Shown in pieces: positions 25,013 to 36,859 of a stretch of 64,000 nt of DNA. Position 1 is the first letter of the stretch; each line of letters opens with the position of its first letter. The DNA is taken from NCBI GenBank assembly GCA_951406725.2, contig OX597834.1, forward strand, positions 34,968,001 through 35,032,000, read 5' to 3'. Below the pieces are notes generated by a model. It made no database searches. It was not told the DNA's origin and was given only the letters and a program-made list of their open reading frames with translations. The stretch is from Octopus vulgaris. Taxonomy: Eukaryota. The position numbers and the translations under genes were made by a program.

Positions 25013-26559
25013 ACAATGTGAGTGTGTGTGTGTGTGTGTGCATACACAGCTGAGTGAAGAAATTAAAGATAGCAGTAATCAACACATTGTAATAATAAAC
25101 CCAGAAACTGTAATTGGTATTTTAAGCTTTATACAACGTACACATGTTTCCTCAAGTCAATTGTTGTTGTTACATAAGCAAAGTAATCGATTCACTTTCT
25201 TGGTATTATAAGCAAAGAAGATGTGGAGATATGTTCATGCCCAAATATACCCAAGATAATGGCAAGGAAATGTGTCAGTTGTACTACATGATAGATCCAC
25301 TTGGCTCACATAATGACAACCAACTTACAGAAACATGTGTATGCTATATAAAGCTTAAAAATACAAATTATGTTTTCTGCATTCATTATTACTATTAAGC
25401 AGATTGATTTCTGCGCATTAGCCAATCATAAGATACAATGGTTATAACCAAACCATGTTGGGAATTCAAAGGCTAAAAACAAAGAGAAATGCATAGTAAT
25501 CAATGATGTACAATAATATCTGATGATCTAGTCAATACCATAACACCAGAATACCTGTAGGTTTTGACATATGAAGATTCAACTGTCCGCAACAAAAATT
25601 TTATTTCTCAGGACAGCCATCCTTAGATGTTTGTTGATGTAAAGAGATTAAGTAAATCATGGCAGGATCTCAAGTCAGATCACAGAGATTTGGAACGACT
25701 ATCACAAGGTATCCAAATTGATGTAGTTACTGTTTCACCAATCTAATAACCTGGATTGCTACATTATTATCAACCCGCAAAAGTATATATATAACAAAAA
25801 AAAAACAAAAAACAGAACCAACTGCAGTAGAATTATGGGCTCAAATCGCGGGGAATGGAACAAGTATCAAGTGAAATTTTATCCAACACCTTAAAGACTC
25901 TACCAGTTCACTTGCCATTTAGTTATATCCTTCTATATTCCTGAGTTCAAATTCTCTCAAAGACAGCTTAGATTTTCATCTCTACCCCATCGATGTACTG
26001 TAGTCCAATGCCATTCACAGCACCTCTCTCCTTACAGATTTATGTGACCTTGTAGCAATGTGAGAACTCATTATTATTTTCATTAACTGGGATAAGCATT
26101 AACTCAGCTAATCTTATCTAAGGAGGTAACCTATATTTATATCATTATTATTATTATTATTATTATCATTGTTGTTGTTGTTGTTGTTATTAGCTCACAC
26201 CTCAGACGTAAAGTACTAATATAATGATACCTGTATTTATCTTCCAGCTTAAAGGATCATTTGTTATGTAAATTGATCATTTGTAAGCTCATGCAATGTC
26301 CCAGTTGAAACAGGTCACATCAACAGACATAATGACAAGGCCTTCTTTTCACCCCTCCTCTCCCATATATATATATATATATATATATACACTCACACAC
26401 ATATATATATTCGTATACATACATATACACATACAACACATATGTACACATATAGATATATACATATATATGCACACACACACGTCTGTGTAAATATGTG
26501 TATGTGTAAGCATGTATGTACACATAGATACATATATCTTATATATATACTAGCCTTTG

Positions 26560-26950
26560 CACAGCATTCAGGTAAGCTCCTGTGGAGGGCACCTTTGGGG
26601 CCTTTGCGGCCTTTGGGTCCACTTTGCACCCCTCTACATTTGTGTAATGAAACTTATTTCTACAAATGTGCTAAGCCCTGATGCTGATCATAGTTTAATC
26701 AATAAGCCAAGGAGCAAAGTAAATGGGGGGGGGGGGGGAGTGCAGTGGGGCCCCATTTAAGTGGCCCTTCAGAAATTGAACCTCCTTGTGATACTCCCTG
26801 GGAGTTCATGGTATGAAATTCATTGTCATTGCCCCAATTTGGTCACCAATGCCATGTATTTAGTTTAAAATGCAGTAAAAAATAGGGGGGGGGTCAATGA
26901 GGTCCCAATTAGGCGGCCCTTAAAAAATAGGGTCCCTTAGGACATTCATT
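26560..26950. mobile_element. GGGCCC-rich decayed non-autonomous DNA transposon remnants
   Basis: GC-rich island, aagccctg-type end at about 26680, diverged direct repeat 26747-26790 / 26899-26940. Confidence 0.4.
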
Positions 26951-27065
26951 GGAATTAGGGAAGTTGCTGGTTTGAGTTTCGTTGTCCTTGCACAAATGGT
27001 CTCGGAGGAGTTAACGAACATAAAGATGTAATGGGCAAAGAAACATCACTCAAATTTATATTAAG

Positions 27066-27105
<40 letters not shown>

Positions 27106-27234
27106 ACGCGTGCGTGTGTGTCTGTATTTATGCATGCATGCATACATGTGACTTTCTGCTTGTGTGCACATGTTTAGGAGTTTATAATATGAACATGTTT
27201 GTATATAAATTTGTGTGTATGCATGTATATGTAG

Positions 27235-27268
<34 letters not shown>

Positions 27269-27384
27269 GTATGTTTGAATCTATGTTATGCATAAGAACA
27301 TTTATATAAACACACATACATACAAACACACATGAACTTTACTCACCTTACCTCAAGCACTTTTAAGGATTAGGCTCATAAATG

Positions 27385-27690
27385 TGAACACACACATAAC
27401 TATATACATACATGTACATACATATATATACAAGTACATATATACATATACATATATATACATATACATACATATATATACATATATATATACATATATA
27501 TACATATATATATACATATATATACATACATATATATATACATATATATACATACATATATATATATACATATACATACATATACATACATATATACATA
27601 TACAAAATACACATATACATACAAACATATATATATATATATGCCTACACACACACATGTACACACATGCATGCACACATACACACACAA
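27385..27690. repeat. (TA)n/(TACA)n compound microsatellite
   Basis: Direct reading. Confidence 0.95.
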
Positions 27691-28479
27691 GGAAAAAAGT
27701 TGAGAGTGAGGTTAAAGCTTCATCTCAGTAGCATTTATCTAAGGGAAGACACTGTGCCAAAACTTCGAAGTCACTGTCGACTCTTTCGTCATGAAAATAA
27801 ACACAAAACTCTATTCGGGTGTATTAAATGATCCTTCATTCCAAGGTTTGACAATTTTTAATATAGAACTATGAGTATACATAAAACGAACATGACCATG
27901 CTTATAACCTCGTGGTTCTGGGTTCAGTCCCACTGTGCGACACTTCAGATAGGGGTCTTCAACTATGGCCCCGGGTTGATCAAGGCCTAGTCAGTGAACT
28001 TAGTAGATGGGAACTGTGTGGAATTCCATCAGATCTGTGTGTGTGTGTGTGTCCCCATAACTACTTGACAACTGGTGCTGGTTTGTTTATGGCCCCATAA
28101 AGAGATTGAAAGAATAAGTACCAAACTTAAAGAAGGTAAAAAAAAATCACTGGAGCTGATTTGTTCACTGAAACCATTCAATGTAGTGCTCCAGTATGGC
28201 ACTACGATAGTCCTACGATTAAAACAAGAAACAAGAATGTGTGTATGTGTGTGTGTGTGTGCACATACACGTGTGTGTATAAATAATCTTAATCTTTGGT
28301 ATAGATTAAAGGAGATACTTATTCATATGCTTACACAATGGACTCAACTTACTTTTCCATAAGCACGTATCGGGTTTTTCATGGTTATTCATGAACACAA
28401 CAACAACAAAAAACACAGAAATATACGTGAATGATTTATGTGTGTGCACAAACATGTTTAGATGTGTGTGTGTGTGTGT

Positions 28480-28702
28480 GTCTGTAAGTATGTATGCATG
28501 TATACACACACACAAATACATAGATTTGTCAGCATCAGTTTGTGTGTGTGTGTATATATATGTGTGCGTGTGTGCATATATATATATATATCTATATATA
28601 TACATGTGTGCGCACATGTGTATGTATACACACACACAAATACATAGATTTGTCAGCATCAGTTAGTGGTGTGTGTGTATATATATATGTATGTATATGT
28701 GG

Positions 28703-28753
<51 letters not shown>

Positions 28754-28826
28754 GCATATGTGTGTGCATATATGTGTATGTATGTATGTATACACACAAA
28801 TACATAGATTTGTCAGCATCAGTTAG
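28480..28826 (+). repeat. Three copies of anchor acacaaatacatagatttgtcagcatcagtt between microsatellite blocks
   Basis: Copies near 28510, 28635 and 28794. Confidence 0.9.
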
Positions 28827-28835
28827 ATGTGTGTG

Positions 28836-28881
<46 letters not shown>

Positions 28882-29064
28882 GGTACATATGTTGAGATAG
28901 ATAGATAGATATAGAGTACTGTAAAGCAGTGAGTAAAACTGCATTTCCCCCACCACCACTGCCACCATTGCCAATTGTGTTCTCATAAGGAAAGGCATAA
29001 GCACCACCACTTCTACCTTGCCTTCTACTGAATTCAGTAGGATTGAGTTACCCGATTAATCTGG

Positions 29065-29115
29065 TCATGCAAAGTCAGGCAAAACGACCGCAGTCATTCG
29101 CTTGACTTTGCATGA
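29065..29115 (-). ncRNA. Pre-miRNA-like hairpin (candidate)
   Basis: 13-bp perfect outer stem TCATGCAAAGTCA/TGACTTTGCATGA extending to about 23 bp on the minus strand with G-U pairs. Confidence 0.35.
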
Positions 29116-30169
29116 TAAACAGCTATTTATTGCCCAAGTACATGGAAGAAAGTCATACATCTACACATATATCATCATCATCATCATCATTGTCATCATC
29201 ATTATCGGCATATACTAAATGTGTTTATACATATGTTTGTGTGTGTAGAGTAGGAGGAGGGGGACAACAGTAGCAGAAAAATGCTAATAGGAGGAGTGCA
29301 GTTGGCTGGGGTGCTCTTCCTGTGTTCACCCACTGTTCCCCTGCGCCTTCCTCTCCCTTTTTTTCATTGTCTTCTTTCCAGTCTCCCTACCTGAGATGCT
29401 GTCACTCTTTCTTCTTCTCACTTCCACTCCCACCTCCATATCTATGGTACTCTTTGGTATTCTCCTCTTGCTTCCAGCCCTTCTTCACCTCATTGCTCTC
29501 ATATCATTCATCACCTACCCCACTTTTTTTTTTCTATAATACCCTTCAGACTTTGTTTCTCCAGCTACTTTTGTTTCACCCCACCTCTCTTCCTCCTCCC
29601 TCATCAACCTCCCTACGTGGGACGCTTTCTCTGCATTCATTCCCAACATTTTTCCCCACCACCTCCAAGGTACCCTCCAACCTCTCTTCCACAACCTCCT
29701 AATCTGGAATACTTTCTCTGCATTTATACTCTATCCCCCCCCACACACACACCTTTTCCACAGCATCCTTTAGCTCCTCTTTCTCTCTCTCTCTCTCTCC
29801 ACTTCTATTACAATACTCTTCAGCCTCTCTTCCTCTTACTGTCCTCTTCCACAGCCTCTCTATCCACAATACTTTCTCCGCATTCATCCAGCCCTCTCTG
29901 CATTCTCACACTCTTCCACCATCTCATCTACTTCCTTTTCTTTTACTGTCCTCTCTGCTACCTCAACACCCTCTCATCTCTTCCTTTCTAGCCTACCTCC
30001 AAACCCCAACCACAAACTTCTCTTTCCCTCAATAACCTTTGGATTCCTCAATACTCTCATCTGTTTTTCTCTCATGTTCCCTTCCTCTTGCACCTTCCAG
30101 CTACATTCACCCTTACAATTAAACCTCACTACATAACCTCCCACAGCATCCTTACCACTCTTTCCCTCT

Positions 30170-30486
30170 GTGCCAGTGACACGTAAAAAGCGCCGTCCGA
30201 ACATGGCTGATGCCAGCGCCGCCTGACTGGCATCCGTGTCGGTGACACGTAAAAGCACCAACCAATCGTGGCCATTTGCCAGCCTCCTATGGCTCCTGTG
30301 CCGGTGGCACGTAAAAAGCACCCACTACACTCATGGAGTGGTTGGCGTTAGGAAGGGCATCCAGCTGTAGAAACAGTGCCAGATCAGATTGGAGCCTGGT
30401 GCAACCTCCTGGCTTCCCAGACCCTGGTCAAACCGTCCAACCCATGCTAGCATGAAAAACGGACGTAAAACGATGATGATGATGAT
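30170..30486 (+). mobile_element. SINE family C, young copy
   Basis: Repeated gtgacacgtaaaaagc units, ggcgttaggaagggcatccagc core, (GAT)n tail. Confidence 0.88.
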
Positions 30487-30829
30487 AGTCCTTTCTTTCT
30501 TTCTCCTGCTCCTTACATACTCTCTTCAAGCCCCCAAATACTGTCTATTTTGTTACTCTCTCCTCTACCACTGCCTCACAACAATAAATCTAATCCTCTT
30601 ATCATATTTTACCTTACACAGACTCATTACCCTCTCCTGTTCCTGACAGTCATGCAGCCTTTAGCACTTCTTCAATACTGCATGCTGCAAGACCACCTCA
30701 GTAGTGCTGGTGCCACAATAACAGCACTCAGTACACTCTGTTAAGCGACTGATGTTGAGCCATAGAAACCATGCCAAAACCGTAACAATGAACCATAACT
30801 CATTGGATCCTGTCAAACCATCCAACCCA

Positions 30830-31800
30830 TGCCAACAAAAGAGAGAGGCATAACATGATAATAACTGATAAGACGTACGACTTCTTGTCGTCACTGTTAT
30901 ATCTGAACTGTTATAATATCAAACGTTTCCGATGTTCTCTTATTACTCTCCAACTGTGTATCTTCAACAAGCACTCCACGATATCTCTATTCAATAATTC
31001 CTACGACCTGTACACTGTGACTGTGCATATGACACTCTTATCAGACTGTTCTGTGCATGCTCATTTATACTAACTAGTATAGTTCACTTAGTGAAGGCGC
31101 ATAGCTCAGTGGTTAGAGCATCGAGCTTACAACCGTGGAGTTGTGAGTTCGAATCCAGGACTGGGCTGTGTGTTGTGTTCTTGAGCAAGACACTTTATTT
31201 CATGTTCTTCCAGTTCACTCAGCTGTAGAAATGAGTTGTGACATCACTGGTGCCTAGCTGTATTGGCCTTTGCCTTTCCGTTGGATGACATTGGTGGCAT
31301 AGAGAGGGAAGGCTGGTATGCATGGGCGACTGCTGGTCTTCCATAAACAACCTTGCCCAGACTTGTGCCTTGGAAGAGGGGAACTTTCTAGGTGCAATCC
31401 CATGGTCATTCATGACAGAAGGGTTCTCCGTCTAGTTCACTTAGCCAATCACGAGGGGTGTACAGATTCCCCATACAACAATAATAATGATGATGACAAC
31501 AACAACTACGACGATGACATATAACACCTTCTCCTCGACTTATGACTGAGTTCCATTCTGACTGATAGGTTGTAAGTCAATCCAGTCGTATGTCGGATTT
31601 ATATTTTCCAACTTTATTTCCATTCAAGCACGACTGATGCTTGAAAGCGACTGAGTGAGGAACAGTGGCAGGCAGTGGATGCCTGGGTCTGAGGGGAGGG
31701 GCCTGGCATTGCCAGATGCTGCCATAGTTATTGTACACATGGCTGCCCAACATCTGAAAATCGATTTTTTTTTATTTTTTTAATTCTTTTTGTGGTCGTA
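30830..31800. promoter_or_regulatory. CpG-retaining candidate (possibly bidirectional) promoter region
   Basis: Minus-strand TATAAA 31064-31069, AGCCAATC at 31443-31450, YY1-like ACATGGCTGCC near 31737, GTAAGT donor at 31798. Confidence 0.3.
31092..31432 (+). mobile_element. tRNA-derived SINE family D, full length
   Basis: A box tagctcagtgg, B box gagttcgaatcc, 12-bp TSD tagttcacttag (31080-31091, 31433-31444). Confidence 0.92.
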
Positions 31801-33296
31801 AGTTGAAGAGAAGGTGTGTATATTGTAAATTGTTCATAACAATTCTGACGTTTCACTGGTTATAGTTTATTTAAAGTGTTTTAGTAAGCCACTGGTAAAA
31901 CTGCAAAGTTACTGTCAACAATTTAGATCAAATATTAAACTTATAGTTGCAGATTGGGCCATTTATTTAGTTAATGTTGTTTTTTATGTATTTATACATT
32001 GTATTTAAAAAATACTTTGTGTGTGTGTATAGATAGGTGGATAGATACATAGACACACAGACAAGTATGAATATGTGTGTCACTTTGTATAAAGAAAGGC
32101 GTGTGAATATATGTTTATATTTGTGTGTCTATGTGTATGCATGTGCACACACACAGAGTAAAAAGTTAAGACTTTTCACACATGCAAACCACCTACACCA
32201 ACACTGCTAACAACAAGGGTGACAAAGACAACTGCAAGAGCCTTAATGTGGTTACTCAACCTGCTAGAAATAGAAGTCTCATTTATCTCCCTCCTCTCAA
32301 ATTATAATCAAACAATTTTAAGAAAGAAGAATGCATTTGATAATTTAGTCATAAACACACTAAATGACAGGATGGCTACAGATGGAATGTCTCTGATCAC
32401 AGAAAGCCTTTCATCATAAATATGTTGGCAAATTGTTCTCTGACTCCATTTAGTCTCAACAAACATGTCCATCACAATAGCTTCAAAAATACCAACACAA
32501 ACAGTGAACCAGACCTTTGTTTCCTTCATTCACTTCTACACCGAACTATACACAGGATATACGTCTCTATCTTACAATCATAAATACACAACACAACAAA
32601 GGATTACGATTAAACAGTAATAAAAAAGAAACATGAGTATTATGGTACCTGTTTTTGATGTTGATATGAGAAGCTATGCGAGATTGACACTTCTGTGAGC
32701 ACCTCCGACTACACAGACAAAAACTACCCGGTACACTTTGTTCTCCTCCCACACTCAACAATCCCTGGCAAATTTCAAATTCATTTCAAATTCTGAAATA
32801 ATATTTTCCTGAAATCTTCCTTCCACGTGGCTGCACCTTTTGAGAAACTGCTTCACTCACAACTTGCATTGATGTCATTGTTTTAATGTCCTCTTTTCCA
32901 TGACTTCATGGATCAGATGTAGTTTACTGAGGTAGGTTTTCTATGGCTGGATGCCCTTCCTGTCACCAACTTTCACCTATTCCCAAGCAAAGTAATATTT
33001 TCCCATGGCCAGGCCATGTTCTCACAGAATACTGGAAATGAATGACACTTGTTTACCACTATCACACAATATCAAGATAGGGAGACACAAACACCCCCAC
33101 CCCCCGCATATACAAAAGGCTTTTTCCAGTTTCCATCTACCATACACACGAGGTTTCAGTGGGCCTAGAGCTATAGTCAAGGATACTAGCCCAAAATGTC
33201 ACCATGTGGTTGAGAAGCAAACTTCTAATCACAAAGCCATGTCTGTACCTGCAGTGACTAAGACTGCTAATCTTATTCATTTCTTTCTTTTATCAG

Positions 33297-33427
33297 GAGA
33301 GCTGAAAGCAGAAGCTGCAGGTGGTACCTGTTTTCTGCCAGATGCTATCTACAAGAAGACCAACAGTATGGGAGGAGAGATCCTCAACCTGGGTAGTAGC
33401 ACCCTGACTCAGGAGTGGTTTACCTGA
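33297..33427 (+). other. Candidate terminal exon (open frame ELKAEAAGGTCFLPDAIYKKTNSMGGEILNLGSSTLTQEWFT*)
   Basis: Branch-like gctaat, long pyrimidine tract and cag at 33266-33296; GC shift; AATAAA near 33591; no recognised homology. Confidence 0.3.
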
Positions 33428-34427
33428 TTAGGCGGGATATGAGATACCATTCGTCAAATTGCCTTATTAATTTACTGTTTTATCTCAAAGATAAGTGCAA
33501 GATATTTTCTTGTTGTTATTGGTGGTGATGGTGGTGGTGGTGGGTAAGGGTATTACCGTTGAGACACCTGTCCTGATACAAAATAACTAAAATAAAATAC
33601 ATAAATGCTTGATAATGATCTTTTTAAAGAAAGATCGATTAGATTGTCATGCCATTACTTATGTCATGCACTATTTTGTAAATCCCAATTTAGCCCCTGG
33701 AAAGATTTAAAACTCAGAATATAAAGGGACCACACTGGAAATAGATTTTGTCTGATGCTCTATCAATTTAGCACCCCCACCCACCCATGATACTGTAAAC
33801 TTCCTTTTATTCAGAATTCAATCAGAATGCTTGAGCAACTGGCACCCAGAAAAAAAAAAGAAAGAAAATGTGTTGTTAGTTAGAGTCATGCTAATTTGTG
33901 TTAATTAACTGTCATTAAAAGGAATAAAGTTTTTATTGTATCTAAAACAAATGGATCATTGCTTTCCAAAACACAGGACAATATTTTTTTTATGGCTTTA
34001 CCAGCACCTATTCTTTACTTAAATTATACTTTTATTTCTTCCTATTTCTCTTAGTTCTACTACATTCAGAATATTAATAACATAAATATATTTCTAGGGT
34101 TTTAATGAGTTTCGTAGGGTGTTATGGTAATTTAAAAAATGACGATCACATATCTGGCAAACTCAGTTATCCCACAATCCTCTCATTCCAGTGGTGTTTA
34201 TTATAATATTATTAATAGTGGTTAATGACAGTGTATCATATACACTCTGGTTTTAGAACAGATACACTGTACTTCTGCAGTGCTGTAAAAGGCAAGTAAA
34301 TGAGCTGACCACAGGAAGTATCGTCCAGCTATAAAACCCTCCTTCAAAAAAACACAGACCAACCCTTGTCAGCACAGAAATATGGATGTAAAAATGAGTG
34401 ATTATCATGATGAAATTTACCTTTAAT

Positions 34428-34766
34428 CTTTTACTTGTTTCAGTTATTGGCCTGCGACCATGCTGGAGGCATCACTTTAATCAAACAAAACAGTCACACT
34501 ACTTAATTTAGGTCTGGTCCCTGTAACTTAGTGGTCAAACCTAACATAAACACAAAGGCACAAACCCACACATACCTATCTATCTATCTATCTATCTATC
34601 TCGAGATGGGCTTCTGCACAGTTTCCATTTACCAAATTCACTTACAAGGCATTGGTTGGCTTGGTTTACAGCAGGAAACACTCGCCCAAGGTGCCACACA
34701 GTGGGACTGAACCTGAAACTATATGTGTGCAAAACGAGCTTCTTAGCCACATAGCCATGTTTGTGC
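34428..34766 (-). mobile_element. SINE family A, degraded
   Basis: Tail and head both recognisable. Confidence 0.75.
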
Positions 34767-35009
34767 CTAATGAAATGTTTAAAATCGTTAATATTTGTTA
34801 AAATGGCATTAAAAAACCCCACTAAAGCACAAATAATATAGTCATACAAAAGACAACTGACTTATGAACCAATGTGGAAGGTTACCGGAAAAAAAAAATT
34901 ATTATTAAAATAAGTACCAATAAAACATTGAGGTCGATGTAATCGAACCCGCCTCAAAATTTTCAGGATTTGTGCCTACAGTTGAACCTTTATTATTATA
35001 AGTTCAAAA

Positions 35010-35290
35010 TAGGTGGCGTGTTGGTAGAAACGTTAGCGGTATTTCGTCTGTCTTTACGTTCTTAGTTCAAATTTATCCTTTCGGAGTCGATAAATTAAGT
35101 ACCAGTTGCGCATATTGGGGTCGAACTAATCGACTGGCCCCCTCCCCCAAAATTTCGGGCCTTGTGCTTAGAGTAGAAAAGACTATTGTAAGTTCAAATG
35201 TCGCAGAGGACGATTGTAATCCTTCCGAGATCGATAAAATAAAGTATCAGCCGAGCAACGGGGTATGTGTAATCGACCACCCTCTCCAAA
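35010..35290 (+). mobile_element. SINE family B copy plus a second partial copy
   Basis: atcctttcggagtcgataaattaagtaccag core. Confidence 0.8.
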
Positions 35291-35299
35291 TCAGAAGTA

Positions 35300-35346
35300 C
35301 AGTGGTACCCCGGTTTACGAACATCTCTGATCACGAATAAATCGAG

Positions 35347-35388
<42 letters not shown>

Positions 35389-35722
35389 ATAAATATTAGG
35401 GAATAAATCCAAACTTACAGGGAAAAATCAGATTTAGGATTGAATCCAATTTTATAGTAAAATATTATATTATATTAAATTAGAGACAAAACCACTATTA
35501 GGCAAATCATACAATGAAAAACTTAAACCACCTGATGAATGACTGTGACTTGAAAATTTAAAGAAATTAACAGCCATGAAACGATCGTATTGATATATTA
35601 ATTATATTTTTTTAATAATTTTGTTATATATTTAAATAATATAAATTAAATAATCTTATGTATTGGATTAAGTTTTTCATTGTATGATTTGCCTAATAGT
35701 GGTTTTGTCTCTAATTTAATAT

Positions 35723-35754
<32 letters not shown>

Positions 35755-35755
35755 C

Positions 35756-35787
<32 letters not shown>

Positions 35788-35845
35788 ATACATATACATA
35801 TATATATATACATATACATATATATATATATATAGACATATACAT

Positions 35846-35876
<31 letters not shown>

Positions 35877-35944
35877 CATATATATATATATATAAAGCAC
35901 GATTCATTCGCGAACAGAGGCGTTCGTAAACCGAGGTACTACTG
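35300..35944. mobile_element. Tigger/pogo-type MITE hosting nested insertions
   Basis: TA TSDs; TIR cagtggtaccccggtttacgaac vs reverse complement cagtagtacctcggtttacgaac. Confidence 0.88.
35385..35728 (+). mobile_element. Penelope pLTR-like fragment: hammerhead motif between 61-bp perfect inverted repeats
   Basis: IR 35466-35526 / 35668-35728; CTGATGA (35532)...ATGACTGT/ACAGCCAT...GAAAC GATC GTA (35578-35589). Confidence 0.7.
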
Positions 35945-36428
35945 TATTAATTTCATTATCATTTAAAAATAGTATTAATATTATTATTAGTTTATATTAT
36001 TTCGTAGAAGACACACAAATATTTGCGTGTTTATCAGTGCGTTAACTATTATGTGTGTGTGTATATACGAAATACCTAAAAAAAAAGTTGCTGAGAGTTA
36101 TCTCCCTTACAAACAAACTGCTAACCGTGTTTATCGTCTCACAAAAACACACCCATCTCCCCGTCAAGCTTGCTAGTTTCTCTATATAGAAGGAAACCTT
36201 TTTGCACAGGTTCATTAGATTCTCAACCACAACACCTATTCTTACGCAGAGGTTAGACTGGTTTAACATGAAACAATGCTACTGATTTACAGAAACCAGT
36301 GAAATTCATAAATAAATTGTTTATAATAGAAACACAACAACCAAAGCCAAAAAAAACTGGGTATACTTGATGCTACAGTTATGGTTTGTTCGAGTTAGCG
36401 ATATAACAGAACCAGCGCATTTGTGCGT

Positions 36429-36467
<39 letters not shown>

Positions 36468-36859
36468 CATAAACGGATTTATTCAGCAGATTAAATAACG
36501 ATTTATTTCTTTACTGCATATATGTATTTATGTTTTGACTGTTGGTTTTAAGCATGCTTGCTTTGAGGTGACTATGCCAATCATGTGTGTATGTGAGGAG
36601 GGAGAGAGAGAATCTGTGTGTATATGTGTGTGTACGTACATGTGTGTATGTAAATGTATATATACACACATACGTACTTCAACATATATATAACTATATC
36701 TCTTACAAGTATTAAAAGCACATAGTTTAGTGTCAACATACTGTAATTTATTTATCTTCTAATAATATCATACACAATACTTTTCTTTCCTTCTAACATA
36801 GCCTACAATTCCAGCTTCTTTACACACACACACACACACACACACACAATCACTACAAT

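Noticed and set aside
28480-28826. CRISPR-like repeat-spacer pattern (also 44935-45190)
   Set aside because: Eukaryotic context, spacers are microsatellites or repeat variants, no cas genes
31092-31165. tRNA gene calls for SINE heads (also 10110-10187, 13410-13473, 63253-63320)
   Set aside because: No complete cloverleaf; each continues into a SINE body, some with TSDs
31709-31729. Resemblance of UUGCCAGAUGCUGCCAUAGUU to miR-31
   Set aside because: Seed mismatched and on the 3' arm, whereas miR-31 is a 5p product
33297-33430. In-frame TGA codons as selenocysteine
   Set aside because: No SECIS-like element or selenoprotein motif seen
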